A stretch of 32,000 bases of DNA from Ruminococcus albus 7 = DSM 20455 (GCF_000179635.2 NC_014833.1:1560001-1592000); one strand, 5' to 3'. Counted from the first letter of the stretch, positions 7,906 through 17,012 are shown. The notes: generated by a model not told the origin, from the letters alone. A program made the numbers and translations.

Positions 7906-9369
7906 ATGGTCAATATGCAGACGAATCTCAAGGCTGTGAAACGCACAGCTGCAACAATGCTGTCAGCGATGCTGCTGGCATTATCCATGCCCGCAGTCCC
8001 GGCAGATGCGGCATCAAAAGGGTTTTATGTCAGCGGTACAAGCATCAAAGATGCTAACGGAAATACCTTCGTTATGCGCGGCGTAAATATTGCACACGCA
8101 TGGTACAGTTCATACACCTCGACCTCTATCAAGGGCGCAGCTGACAACGGCGCAAACACCGTAAGGGTAGTTGTTGCTGACGGCAAAAAGTGGTCAAAAA
8201 CTTCAAAGAGCGACCTGCAAAGCATAGTAAACGAATGCAAAAAGAACGATCTTGTATGCATACTGGAAGTGCACGATGCCACAGGCAGCGACAGCACATC
8301 AGACCTCAAAGCAGCTGTTGATTACTGGATTGAGAACAAAAGCGTACTTCAGGGCAACGAGAAGTATGTAATACTCAACATAGCTAACGAGTGGTACGGC
8401 AGCTGGAACGGCTATTCATGGGCTGAGGGCAACAAGTCTGCTGTGAAGAGCATAAGAAATGCAGGCATTGATAACATGATAATGGTCGATTGTGCGGGCT
8501 GGGGACAGTACCCAGATTCCATCAAGGACTACGGCAAGTCGGTGTTCAATGCTGACTCGCAGAAAAACACAGTGTTCTCAATACATATGTACGAGTACGC
8601 AGGAGGAAATTCAAGCACTGTCAAAAAGAACATCGACAATGCTCTTGGAATAGGTGTGCCTGTTGTGATAGGCGAATTCGGAGGTCAGCACACTAACGGT
8701 GATGTTGATGAAGGTACTATCATGAGTTACTGCACACAGAAAAATGTCGGCTATCTCGGCTGGTCGTGGAAAGGCAACGGCTCTGACCTTTCATATCTTG
8801 ATATCTCAAACAATTGGTCAGGCACTTCACTTACCTCCTGGGGCAACACTCTGATAAACGGCAGCAACGGCATAAAGAAGACCTCAAAGAAATGCTCGGT
8901 ATTCACCGGAAGCAGTTCTTCATCGAACAGTTCATCGTCGGGAAATACCTCGTCATCAAGCAGCAGTTCGTCATCAAGCAGCGGTGACCCTTATGTTTCG
9001 CTGTTCTGGGGACAAAGTTCGGCAGGTGCATGGGGTCAGCCTGTATCCGTCATGACCACGAAGAACGGCGGCAGCTTTGATGCATCCAACATCAAGAAAA
9101 AAGGTTACTTCTATGTTGAATACACCAACAGCAACCGTAATCAGATAGAACTTATACTGCAAAGCTGGAGCGGCGGCAGCGGATGGGCAAAAGTACAGGC
9201 TTATGAATTCGGCAGTGCGAACGGTCACAGCTATGCCAAGTTCTCTTATAACGACTGTGTAAACGCTTTCGGTACAAGCAATTTCAGCAGTTACCTCGAC
9301 CAGGTTCACGTGGGCTGTATGAAGAACTCCACCACGGTATACTCGGTTTGCTACTGCTATCCGAATTGA
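7906..9369 (+). CDS. Secreted GH5 (subfamily 8-like) endo-beta-1,4-mannanase with Ser-rich linker and an unassigned ~125-aa C-terminal module
   Basis: Signal peptide ...MPAVPADAAS. The catalytic domain closely resembles Bacillus-type GH5 mannanases (GFYVSGT...FVMRGVN, LEVHDATG, acid/base NIANEW, nucleophile IGEFGG, SIHMYEY). A Ser linker spans nt 8911-8985. The C-terminal module has no dockerin repeats. Confidence 0.93.
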   Translation: MVNMQTNLKAVKRTAATMLSAMLLALSMPAVPADAASKGFYVSGTSIKDANGNTFVMRGVNIAHAWYSSYTSTSIKGAADNGANTVRVVVADGKKWSKTSKSDLQSIVNECKKNDLVCILEVHDATGSDSTSDLKAAVDYWIENKSVLQGNEKYVILNIANEWYGSWNGYSWAEGNKSAVKSIRNAGIDNMIMVDCAGWGQYPDSIKDYGKSVFNADSQKNTVFSIHMYEYAGGNSSTVKKNIDNALGIGVPVVIGEFGGQHTNGDVDEGTIMSYCTQKNVGYLGWSWKGNGSDLSYLDISNNWSGTSLTSWGNTLINGSNGIKKTSKKCSVFTGSSSSSNSSSSGNTSSSSSSSSSSSGDPYVSLFWGQSSAGAWGQPVSVMTTKNGGSFDASNIKKKGYFYVEYTNSNRNQIELILQSWSGGSGWAKVQAYEFGSANGHSYAKFSYNDCVNAFGTSNFSSYLDQVHVGCMKNSTTVYSVCYCYPN

Positions 9370-9378
9370 TCTTATAAA

Positions 9379-9407
9379 AGCGGTTCTGTACAGAGCCGCT
9401 TTATTAT
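9379..9407 (+). terminator. Weak terminator candidate after the GH5 gene
   Basis: AGCGGTTCTG / CAGAGCCGCT hairpin with one G-U pair, followed by TTATTAT. Confidence 0.45.
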
Positions 9408-9626
9408 GCATATAAAACGTTGTTGATACATCAGTTTTCATCAACAAGCCGCATTATGTATGCGAATGCTTGCTGTGCGGTAAAACCTTTACTACCTTGC
9501 CGCTGAGATGAGGGCTGCGTATAAGATCGGTTTCAAGGCGGTGTGATTTGATGAGAGATATTCAGGATCAGCTTGTTAGGAAGATCGGTATATCCCTGTA
9601 ATACGGGGATAAATCATTTTTGTCCA

Positions 9627-9655
9627 TTGACATTCACAATATTGAGTGGTATAAT
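9627..9655 (+). promoter_or_regulatory. sigma-A promoter, perfect consensus with extended -10
   Basis: TTGACA at 9627-9632, a 17-nt spacer, TGgTATAAT with TATAAT at 9650-9655. Confidence 0.75.
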
Positions 9656-9745
9656 ATTTGTACAGATAAGGCATTTTGTTTGCTTGAAAAAACGGTGATT
9701 TGCCTATCTGATTATTTTTAGAATAGGCGATTTAGGAGTTTGTTT

Positions 9746-10246
9746 ATGATTGATCACATTTTTGCTTATTTGGCGGTATTGTTTTTTGTAGTTATCGGAC
9801 TAGTGGCTATATTTAAGGGTATATTCGGATTTTTGCTGTATCACAAGAAAGTACAGGCAAGAGGCAAATCCGGAAAAAGATATGTCGTAACCAATGCCAG
9901 GACGAGAATCGAAAATGAATCAAGAGGTCTTTACGGAAAGCCGGATGGACATGTTTATACTAAATCAGCAGTCTTTACTTATGAAGAAAACGGAAAAGGA
10001 GTTATGGCAACAGCTGTAAATCTTTTGGGCGAAGATAACTCATATATAGTCAATAACAAGATCTACACGATAAAAGTGTCACCTTTCGATCCTCACAAGT
10101 GTTATTTTCCTGCATACCAGCTTTATCAGGGATGCAGCATTCCCGTGAAGATATTCATTTTTGTGATGAGAACATTACCACGGGCCGGCGGTCTTATGTT
10201 TATTGGAGTTGCCTGGTTTATTTATACCAGTTTTATTGTCAGATAG
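9746..10246 (+). CDS. Hypothetical membrane protein (N-terminal TM, beta-rich middle, C-terminal TM; DUF3592-like topology)
   Basis: The ATG at 9746 lies 8 nt after a TAGGAG SD. Hydrophobic N- and C-terminal segments. The family assignment is only a topology-based guess. Confidence 0.6.
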   Translation: MIDHIFAYLAVLFFVVIGLVAIFKGIFGFLLYHKKVQARGKSGKRYVVTNARTRIENESRGLYGKPDGHVYTKSAVFTYEENGKGVMATAVNLLGEDNSYIVNNKIYTIKVSPFDPHKCYFPAYQLYQGCSIPVKIFIFVMRTLPRAGGLMFIGVAWFIYTSFIVR

Positions 10247-10333
10247 TATAATATAGTCGTAAATTCCGGCAAATGCGATGCATGGTTTTCGGTGCATCGT
10301 TCAAATATAATTATAATATAAGGAGATAGCATT

Positions 10334-10954
10334 ATGGGATTTTTTGACAGCTTATTGAATGGAGCAAAGGAAATAATTGACGGCACAAAAACAGCGATCG
10401 ATAAAATACAGATGGACGTGGATCAAGAAAAAAATAATACAGTGAATAATGAAAGATTCAATGCTCCGTCAGAACCGCTTCCCGCTGTTGCGGTACAAAC
10501 CGGATTACGTGGATACAACGTGCAGTTCATGCTCTCAAGTGATTTTACCGAGCACGCAGGATATGTCGCTTCAACGGTTTCACTAAAATACAATCCGGAA
10601 CATCTTGGCGTTCTGGAGTATGATGATGAGGGAGAGATAACTGTTTCATTACATGAGGGAATAGGCGATTTTTACGAAATCGGCGAGTGCATTGAAGAAT
10701 ATATTTCAAGCGGAACATTATCAGGTGCAGAACTATTTGAAGCTTTCCCTGACGGAATATATAAGTTCAAAGCTAGAATTTCCGCATCGGACTATATGAT
10801 GTATTTTTATGTTTTAAGAAGTAATGCTTCCGACCCTTGTGATCACGATATTTTATTATTGTTTTACCCGGCTGATGTTCATAATACTAATTTAGAGAAA
10901 AAATTGGTATATTGTTTTGATGAAGCCGCAAGAACGTTAACTATTCAACCATAA
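10334..10954 (+). CDS. Hypothetical protein
   Basis: 206-aa ORF with an AAGGAG SD at 10320-10325, followed by a strong terminator. No family recognised. Confidence 0.6.
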   Translation: MGFFDSLLNGAKEIIDGTKTAIDKIQMDVDQEKNNTVNNERFNAPSEPLPAVAVQTGLRGYNVQFMLSSDFTEHAGYVASTVSLKYNPEHLGVLEYDDEGEITVSLHEGIGDFYEIGECIEEYISSGTLSGAELFEAFPDGIYKFKARISASDYMMYFYVLRSNASDPCDHDILLLFYPADVHNTNLEKKLVYCFDEAARTLTIQP

Positions 10955-11010
10955 TAAAAAAAGAGTATATTGGTGTACCTGAAAACCAAATAATCAGATA
11001 AGAATACAAA

Positions 11011-11051
11011 GCGTCTGACACAGCCTTTCGGTGAGTGTCTGACGCTTTTTT
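11011..11051 (+). terminator. Rho-independent terminator between convergent genes
   Basis: GCGTCTGACAC (11011-11021) pairs with GTGTCTGACGC (11035-11045) at 10 of 11 positions, followed by T6 at 11046-11051. Confidence 0.75.
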
Positions 11052-11063
11052 AGAAAAGTATGA

Positions 11064-11474
11064 TTATATTTGTGATGTCGGAACAGTATATGCTTTAAAG
11101 GCAGAGTTCAGGCAGATCAAAGCGGTCATGTTGAGCAGGCTTCCCACGCCGTAAGCCAGGATATCTTCCCACGCAAAGCCGGTGCCGATTAAAATTGCAG
11201 GCAGACTTCCGCGGGCGAAACCGAGGACTTTATAAAGCTCAAAATACTGTGACACTTCAACTGCGCAGGCAAAGATGAAGAGTATCAGCGGGAGGGTGCG
11301 CGGAAACTTATCGGTGAATATGCGCACGAAGAAGTACATTGTGGGCATAACGAGAACGTCTCCGATGTATGCGCGGATAAATCCTTTGGCGTACAAGCCT
11401 ATCAGTATCTCGGTGATGAGCATGACGGCGAAGAGCGCAGTGTATATAAGCTTAAGTTTCGTAGTATGTTTCAT
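11064..11474 (-). CDS. DUF2809-like small membrane protein
   Basis: Four TM segments. YIGDVLVMP near the N-terminus and FAWEDILAYGVG near the C-terminus resemble DUF2809 signatures (recalled from memory). The start at 11474 (MKHTT) has an AAGGAGAA SD. The 11492 start would overlap the upstream gene. Confidence 0.7.
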   Translation of the reverse strand: MKHTTKLKLIYTALFAVMLITEILIGLYAKGFIRAYIGDVLVMPTMYFFVRIFTDKFPRTLPLILFIFACAVEVSQYFELYKVLGFARGSLPAILIGTGFAWEDILAYGVGSLLNMTALICLNSAFKAYTVPTSQI

Positions 11475-11484
11475 AGTTTTCTCC

Positions 11485-11958
11485 TTAATCAATGTAGTTT
11501 AAATGTACCCGGTATTTATCTTCATACGGCTCTATCCTTATATGGATGATTCCGGTTGCGTACTTGTTGTATTTGTAATCATCTCCGCTTGAGGGATCAG
11601 CTTTTTCGATATCGCACGTTATGTTGTTTTTCAGAAATACTTCCGGATCATTGACTTCAACGATAAGCTCGCTGTCTATAACGCATAGAAAGCTTCTGTC
11701 ACAGTAGCTCACAAGTTTAACGTCATCGGTGAGGTCGAGGTTGAATTCCTCGCTTACTTTCTCACGGTCGATAAAAAAGTGGTAGGTGTGCGGCGAGAAA
11801 ATAAATAGTATCGCCAGGTAGCCCAACAACGGAAGCCATACAATCAGAATAACGATCCAGATCCACAGGTTGCTTTTTTGGGATCTTTGGTCCATATCAT
11901 CAACGTCAAGTCTGCTGTCAGTATTCGGGAAAGCATCGGTGATCATATTTTTTTCCAT
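11485..11958 (-). CDS. Hypothetical single-pass membrane protein
   Basis: 157-aa ORF with one TM (LWIWIVILIVWLPLLGYLAILFIF), a GGGAG SD and a perfect consensus promoter upstream. Confidence 0.6.
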   Translation of the reverse strand: MEKNMITDAFPNTDSRLDVDDMDQRSQKSNLWIWIVILIVWLPLLGYLAILFIFSPHTYHFFIDREKVSEEFNLDLTDDVKLVSYCDRSFLCVIDSELIVEVNDPEVFLKNNITCDIEKADPSSGDDYKYNKYATGIIHIRIEPYEDKYRVHLNYID

Positions 11959-11994
11959 ATAAGATAAACTCCCATAAAATATTATTGTGACATC

Positions 11995-12023
11995 ATTATA
12001 TCACATAAGAAACTGTTTGTCAA
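11995..12023 (-). promoter_or_regulatory. sigma-A promoter, perfect consensus with extended -10 (minus strand)
   Basis: On the minus strand: TTGACA (complement of 12018-12023), a 17-nt spacer, TGaTATAAT (TATAAT = complement of 11995-12000). Confidence 0.75.
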
Positions 12024-12350
12024 TAGAAAATTATCGAAAAACAATAACTTTTTATTAAACATCAGAAAATTTAGCAGAGGCTTCGTCTTCGATCCGAGAT
12101 CTGTATAAAAGTGTATTGGCATAGAAAGATCATATAAGCTTCTTTATCGTTTATTTTATATAGTATCTTCCGATTGTTTCATTCATCAAAAAAACCAATA
12201 ATGTAGGATGTTTATTTTTAAATCAGCAATATTAATTATTTAAATTTTTTGTTGAAACTATTGCATTTTTCTTGAAAACGTGATATATTATTGGTGGTGA
12301 GTTTACACAATATTCTAATTGTCAATAATATGCATATATCTGCTTCGTTA

Positions 12351-12380
12351 TTGACGATTTGCACAATTAGGGTTTATTAT
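12351..12380 (+). promoter_or_regulatory. Possible promoter for the GH26 gene (TTGACG-18-TATTAT)
   Basis: TTGACG at 12351-12356, an 18-nt spacer, TATTAT at 12375-12380. Other weak candidates exist upstream. Confidence 0.35.
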
Positions 12381-12412
12381 AGGGTAAATATAATGAAAGA
12401 AGGATGAATGAA

Positions 12413-14224
12413 ATGAAAAGATGTGTACTCAATGTAATGTCCGCTGCTGCAGCGGTAATACTTGCTTGTTCTGCGGTTACTCCTGCGGTCACCGCTTTTG
12501 CTGAGAATTCCTCAGGCAGTGCGCAGGTGTATGAATTTGAAAACGGCAGGACTTCGGGCGGCAAGATATTTGCCAATGGTACAGAAGGTCTTAAACGCGG
12601 CGGAGATTGGAGCGATGATACCGACCTTTCAAATTTCTCGGGAAAGGGTTTCTCATATCTTGATCAGAAGGGAACTACTGTCAGTGTCGAGGTTGAGGTC
12701 CCTGCGGATGGTCTGTATCAGCTTACTTTCTGCTACTGCCAGCCCAGCGACAGAAACAAGAAGGTGCAGTATCTCAATGTAAACGGTGTCAACCAGGGGG
12801 AGGTCAGCTTCCCTTATAATGAATCGTTTGCAGAGACATCGGGCGGTATCGTCCTGCTGAATAAGGGTAAGAATACCATTGAGCTCGAAGGCTACTGGGG
12901 CTACACCTATTTTGATTATCTAAAGATAGCACCTGCGCCTGAGCATATATCAAAGCTTAGCCCGACTGCCGAGCTTTCAAACCCCAATGCTTCTGATTCT
13001 GCTAAGCGGCTTTACAGCTATCTCCGTGACCAGTATGGTAAGCATATAATCGCGGGTCAGCAGGAATACTGCGGTTCACATAACTACAATTCATGGAACA
13101 GCCCTGATGTATTCATAAAGGACAATGAAGCTGAATTTGAGTATATCCTCGATAAGACAGGCAAGCAGCCTGCTATACGCGGAATAGACCTGCTGGCATA
13201 CAACACTACATCTTCATGGCGTGACAATGCTCCCGAGCGTGCTATCGAGTGGACGAACAAGTATCACGGCATCGCTACCCTGACATGGCACTGGAACGTT
13301 CCTTGTGAAAAGGGAAGTACAGAAACTGCTTTCTATGTTAAGTCTGCAAGTGCTACATACACTACTTTCAGCATAACCAATGCCCTTGAAGAAGGCACAT
13401 GGGAGAATGAAGTGCTGATGGCTGATATAGAACTTATCGCAGGTGAGCTTAAAAAGCTAAAGGATGCTGATGTGCCTGTTATATGGCGACCTCTGCATGA
13501 GGCTGAGGGCGGCTGGTTCTGGTGGGGCGCTGAGGGTCCAGAGGCTTGCAAAAAGCTGTACCGTCTGCTCTATGACCAGCTTACCAATGTATATGGTCTT
13601 GACAACCTTATCTGGGAATGGACAGGTTATACCTTCCCGACTTCATCAGCATGGTATCCCGGTGATGATGTGGTGGATATCATAGGATATGATAAATATA
13701 ACGCCAAGGACGGCCTGCCTAACCTCAGTTCGATATCAGCTACTTTCTACAGCCTTGTACAGAGTACGGACGGTCAGAAAATGGTTGCCATGTCGGAAAA
13801 CGATTCAATACCATCTATTGAGAATCTGAAGAATGAAAGGGCATACTGGCTGTACTTCTGCCCCTGGTATATGAATTACCTTACAAGTGAGCAGAACAAT
13901 CCTGTGGATAATCTTATTGATGTATACAACAGTGAGTACTGCATAACTCTTGATGAGCTGCCTGACCTGAAGAACTATCCGATATCCGGTGGAGAGGTAA
14001 CTAAGGCAAAAGTCGTTTACGGTGATGCAAACTGTGACGGAAAGGTAAATATATCTGATTTAGTGCTTGTAAAACAGCATCTTGCTTCGCCAAAAAAATA
14101 TACTCTCACTGCGCAGGGCAAAGCTAATGCTGATGTAGATAACACAGGTGACGGCATAACTGCTTCTGATGCGATCAAGATACAGAAGTATGTTGCTGGC
14201 ATCATCAAATCATTAGGTGTCTGA
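12413..14224 (+). CDS. Cellulosomal beta-mannanase: signal peptide - CBM35-like - GH26 - dockerin
   Basis: GH26 signatures WHWN and RPLHEAEGGWFWWG. The N-terminal YEFENG...NVNG...GKNTIEL...FDYLKI module is CBM35/CBM6-like. The C-terminal dockerin has two Ca-loop repeats, GDANCDGKVNISDLVLVKQHL and DVDNTGDGITASDAIKIQKYV. The ATG at 12413 (MKRC) is better spaced from the SD than the ATG at 12404. Confidence 0.93.
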   Translation: MKRCVLNVMSAAAAVILACSAVTPAVTAFAENSSGSAQVYEFENGRTSGGKIFANGTEGLKRGGDWSDDTDLSNFSGKGFSYLDQKGTTVSVEVEVPADGLYQLTFCYCQPSDRNKKVQYLNVNGVNQGEVSFPYNESFAETSGGIVLLNKGKNTIELEGYWGYTYFDYLKIAPAPEHISKLSPTAELSNPNASDSAKRLYSYLRDQYGKHIIAGQQEYCGSHNYNSWNSPDVFIKDNEAEFEYILDKTGKQPAIRGIDLLAYNTTSSWRDNAPERAIEWTNKYHGIATLTWHWNVPCEKGSTETAFYVKSASATYTTFSITNALEEGTWENEVLMADIELIAGELKKLKDADVPVIWRPLHEAEGGWFWWGAEGPEACKKLYRLLYDQLTNVYGLDNLIWEWTGYTFPTSSAWYPGDDVVDIIGYDKYNAKDGLPNLSSISATFYSLVQSTDGQKMVAMSENDSIPSIENLKNERAYWLYFCPWYMNYLTSEQNNPVDNLIDVYNSEYCITLDELPDLKNYPISGGEVTKAKVVYGDANCDGKVNISDLVLVKQHLASPKKYTLTAQGKANADVDNTGDGITASDAIKIQKYVAGIIKSLGV

Positions 14225-14306
14225 TATTCATCATCGATATACCGGATACAGACCGATGATCAGATCATTGTATTTTCATGGTACGGCCGGTGATTAAAAC
14301 GGGCCT

Positions 14307-14351
14307 CAGCCGTGTTACAGAGGGGGATAATATCCTGTATTAACACGGCTG
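14307..14351 (+). other. Long hairpin (11-bp outer stem plus 5-bp inner stem) between the GH26 and GH9 genes, no U-tract
   Basis: CAGCCGTGTTA (14307-14317) pairs with TAACACGGCTG (14341-14351). Inner stem GGATA/TATCC. Confidence 0.5.
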
Positions 14352-14453
14352 GATCATCAGGCGTTCGCGGTGACGTGAACATGATCTGAGAAATGGTCCA
14401 TGTTCCGGGATATGGCTGTTGATTACAGAATAAAATTTTATGGAGGTATTATC

Positions 14454-17006
14454 ATGAAATTGAAAACCAGGCTGATCTCAGCCGCGGCAGGTGCGGTACT
14501 CGCGCTTAGCCAGACTGCTGCCATGATCCCGTCTGTACACGCTGCAGGCGAGCTCAAGGAAGCTATCGAAAATTCATCCGGTGTTCGATACGACTTTGCA
14601 AGAGCATTACAGTATTCCATGTATTTCTACGATGCGAATATGTGCGGCGATGACGTTGAAGGAAACAACCGGTTTGAATGGAGAGGCAATTGTCACACCT
14701 ATGATTCAAAAGTTCCGCTCCACCCAATCGAGGACTGGGAAGGCGTGAACCTGACAGAATCACAGATCAAGAAGTACAAGAGCCTTCTTGATCCTGACGG
14801 CGACGGCTATGTTGATGTTGCAGGCGGTTATCACGATGCGGGTGACCATGTTAAATTCGGTATGCCTGAAAACTATGCTGCTTCAACTGTGGGCTGGGGT
14901 TACTATGAGTTCCGTGATTCTTACATCAAGATAGGTGAGCAGGATCACATTGAGACCATACTCCGTCATTTCAATGATTATCTTATGAAGTGTACATTCC
15001 TTGATAAGAACGGTGATGTTGTACTTCACTGCTATCAGGTAGGCGACGGTGACCTGGATCACAAGTACTGGAATTCTCCCGAGATGGACGAAATGGCAAG
15101 ATCTGCATTCTTCCTGACACCAGAGAAGCCTCAGACTGACTATGCAGCATCTGCTGCAGCTTCCCTTGCTATCAACTATCTGAACTTCAAGGACACTGAC
15201 AAGACCTATGCTCAGAAGAGCCTTAAATACGCAAAGGCACTCTTCAAGTTCGCTATGGATAATCCTAAGGATCTTTCCGATAACGGCGACGGTCCTAAGG
15301 GCTATTACAGATCCAGCAAATGGGAAGACGACTACTGCTGGGCTGCTGCTTGGCTCTACAAGATAACTGGCGATCATATGTATCTCGAAGAGATCTACCC
15401 CAACTACGACTTCTATGCAGCACCCTGCTATGTTCACTGCTGGAATGACGTATGGGGCGGCGTACAGTGTATACTCGGTGAGATATGCAGAGATACTCCT
15501 TACACCAAGGGCGAATACGTTTATCCCGATTTCATTGAGGAATTCAAAAAAGCTGCAAACAAGAGTCCCTATGAGCAGATGAACTGCTGGGAGTCTGTTG
15601 AGAAGGCTATAAATACTTATATGACAGGCGGCGTAGGTAAGGTAACTCCTCAGGGTTACTGGTGGCTGGATACCTGGGGCAGTGCACGTTATAACACTGC
15701 TGCACAGCTGGAAGCACTGGTATACACCAAGTACAACGGTGATAAGCCAAACAAGTACAGCGACTGGGCTAAGAGCCAGATGGAATACATCATGGGCAAC
15801 AATGATATCACCTATCTTGAGCGTATTGAGGAAAACAATGCAGCTGAGAAGAACGGTGAGCCTAAGCCATGGAGCGATGACGAACTCCACGGCAGCAGAA
15901 GCTTCATAGTAGGTTTCGATGAGAATTCTGTACAGTATCCTCACCACAGAGCAAGTTCAGGTCTTACCAAGTGTGAAGATCCCGATCCCCAGAGATATGT
16001 TCTCTTTGGCGCACTTGCAGGCGGTCCCGATAATCAGGATCGTCACAACGATATAACCAAGGACTGGATATACAACGAAGTTACTATCGACTACAACGCA
16101 GCTTTCGTAGGCGCAAGCGCAGGTCTTTACAAGTACTACGGCACTTCCAAGATGGCTCCTACAAAGAACTTCCCGCCCAAGCCCACATTCTCGGGTACAA
16201 ACGGCGGTTCTACAAGCAACGAATGCTGGGTAACTGCCTGCGGTATCGACGATCTGCATTCTGACGGTGCAGGCGTTACAAAAATATCCCTTTATGTAAT
16301 GACTGCTTCCACCAAGAAGGTCGAGGATCTTTCGGTACGTTACTACTTCAGCACAAAGGGTATGAAAGACCCCAACAATATCAAGGTTTCCGAGCTTTAC
16401 GATCAGGCTGCTGTTGAAGCTGCTCCCGCTAATGGTACTATCAGCGGTCCCTACAAGTATGACAAGATGAACGATATGTACTATGCTGAGATAAAGTGGG
16501 ATGATTACAACATCGCAAACTCCGGAAAGAAGTATCAGTTCACTGTTGGTCTGTATTACGGCGATATGTGGGATCCTACCGATGACCCCAGCTACAAGGA
16601 TCTGAAGATCTATGAGGTAGACGATGCTTTCTTCGCTACAGGTACTGAGGTAAAGACCGAGAATATCTGCGTATACAGCGGCGATAAGCTTGTTGGCGGT
16701 ATTGAGCCTGACGGATCAAAACCTGAATTTGAATCCGAATCCGAGAACAGCAGTGCTCCTGCAACATACGGTGATGCAAACTGTGACGGAAAGGTTGATA
16801 TGGCAGATGCTGTACTTATGGCTCAGTATCTCAAGTATCCCAAGAAGTATCCTATCACTGCAGCAGGTCTGAAGAATGCTGACTGTGTTGATTCTGACGG
16901 CATAAACACTCTGGATGTACGTGCTGTTCAGCTGGTAGCAGTAAAGGCTCTCTCTCAGAAGAGTCTTCCTTCTACAAAATCAAAGATCAATTCTATTGGC
17001 AAATAA
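14454..17006 (+). CDS. Cellulosomal endoglucanase: signal peptide - GH9 - CBM3c-like - dockerin
   Basis: GH9 signatures DAGDHVKFG, HHRASSG and NEVTIDYNAAF. The following module (ECWVTACGIDD...VRYYFS...YQFTVGLYY) is CBM3-like. Dockerin: GDANCDGKVDMADAVLMAQYL ... DSDGINTLDVRAVQLVAV. The ATG at 14454 follows a GGAGG SD. The 14400 start in the ORF track has no SD. Confidence 0.95.
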   Translation: MKLKTRLISAAAGAVLALSQTAAMIPSVHAAGELKEAIENSSGVRYDFARALQYSMYFYDANMCGDDVEGNNRFEWRGNCHTYDSKVPLHPIEDWEGVNLTESQIKKYKSLLDPDGDGYVDVAGGYHDAGDHVKFGMPENYAASTVGWGYYEFRDSYIKIGEQDHIETILRHFNDYLMKCTFLDKNGDVVLHCYQVGDGDLDHKYWNSPEMDEMARSAFFLTPEKPQTDYAASAAASLAINYLNFKDTDKTYAQKSLKYAKALFKFAMDNPKDLSDNGDGPKGYYRSSKWEDDYCWAAAWLYKITGDHMYLEEIYPNYDFYAAPCYVHCWNDVWGGVQCILGEICRDTPYTKGEYVYPDFIEEFKKAANKSPYEQMNCWESVEKAINTYMTGGVGKVTPQGYWWLDTWGSARYNTAAQLEALVYTKYNGDKPNKYSDWAKSQMEYIMGNNDITYLERIEENNAAEKNGEPKPWSDDELHGSRSFIVGFDENSVQYPHHRASSGLTKCEDPDPQRYVLFGALAGGPDNQDRHNDITKDWIYNEVTIDYNAAFVGASAGLYKYYGTSKMAPTKNFPPKPTFSGTNGGSTSNECWVTACGIDDLHSDGAGVTKISLYVMTASTKKVEDLSVRYYFSTKGMKDPNNIKVSELYDQAAVEAAPANGTISGPYKYDKMNDMYYAEIKWDDYNIANSGKKYQFTVGLYYGDMWDPTDDPSYKDLKIYEVDDAFFATGTEVKTENICVYSGDKLVGGIEPDGSKPEFESESENSSAPATYGDANCDGKVDMADAVLMAQYLKYPKKYPITAAGLKNADCVDSDGINTLDVRAVQLVAVKALSQKSLPSTKSKINSIGK

Positions 17007-17012
17007 TAGGTT

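Noticed and set aside
8911-8985. Repetitive Ser-codon stretch considered as a VNTR or CRISPR-like repeat
   Set aside because: It is in frame within the GH5 gene and encodes an ordinary Ser-rich interdomain linker. Only about 1.8 copies of an 18-nt unit are present.
12270-12286. cre-like sequence TTGAAAACGTGATATA upstream of the GH26 gene
   Set aside because: It has two mismatches to the WTGNAANCGNWNNCW consensus at conserved positions and is not palindromic. It is too weak to call.
14883-15947. 354-aa minus-strand ORF
   Set aside because: It is entirely antisense to the GH9 catalytic domain, whose motifs are unambiguous. This is a shadow ORF caused by codon bias.
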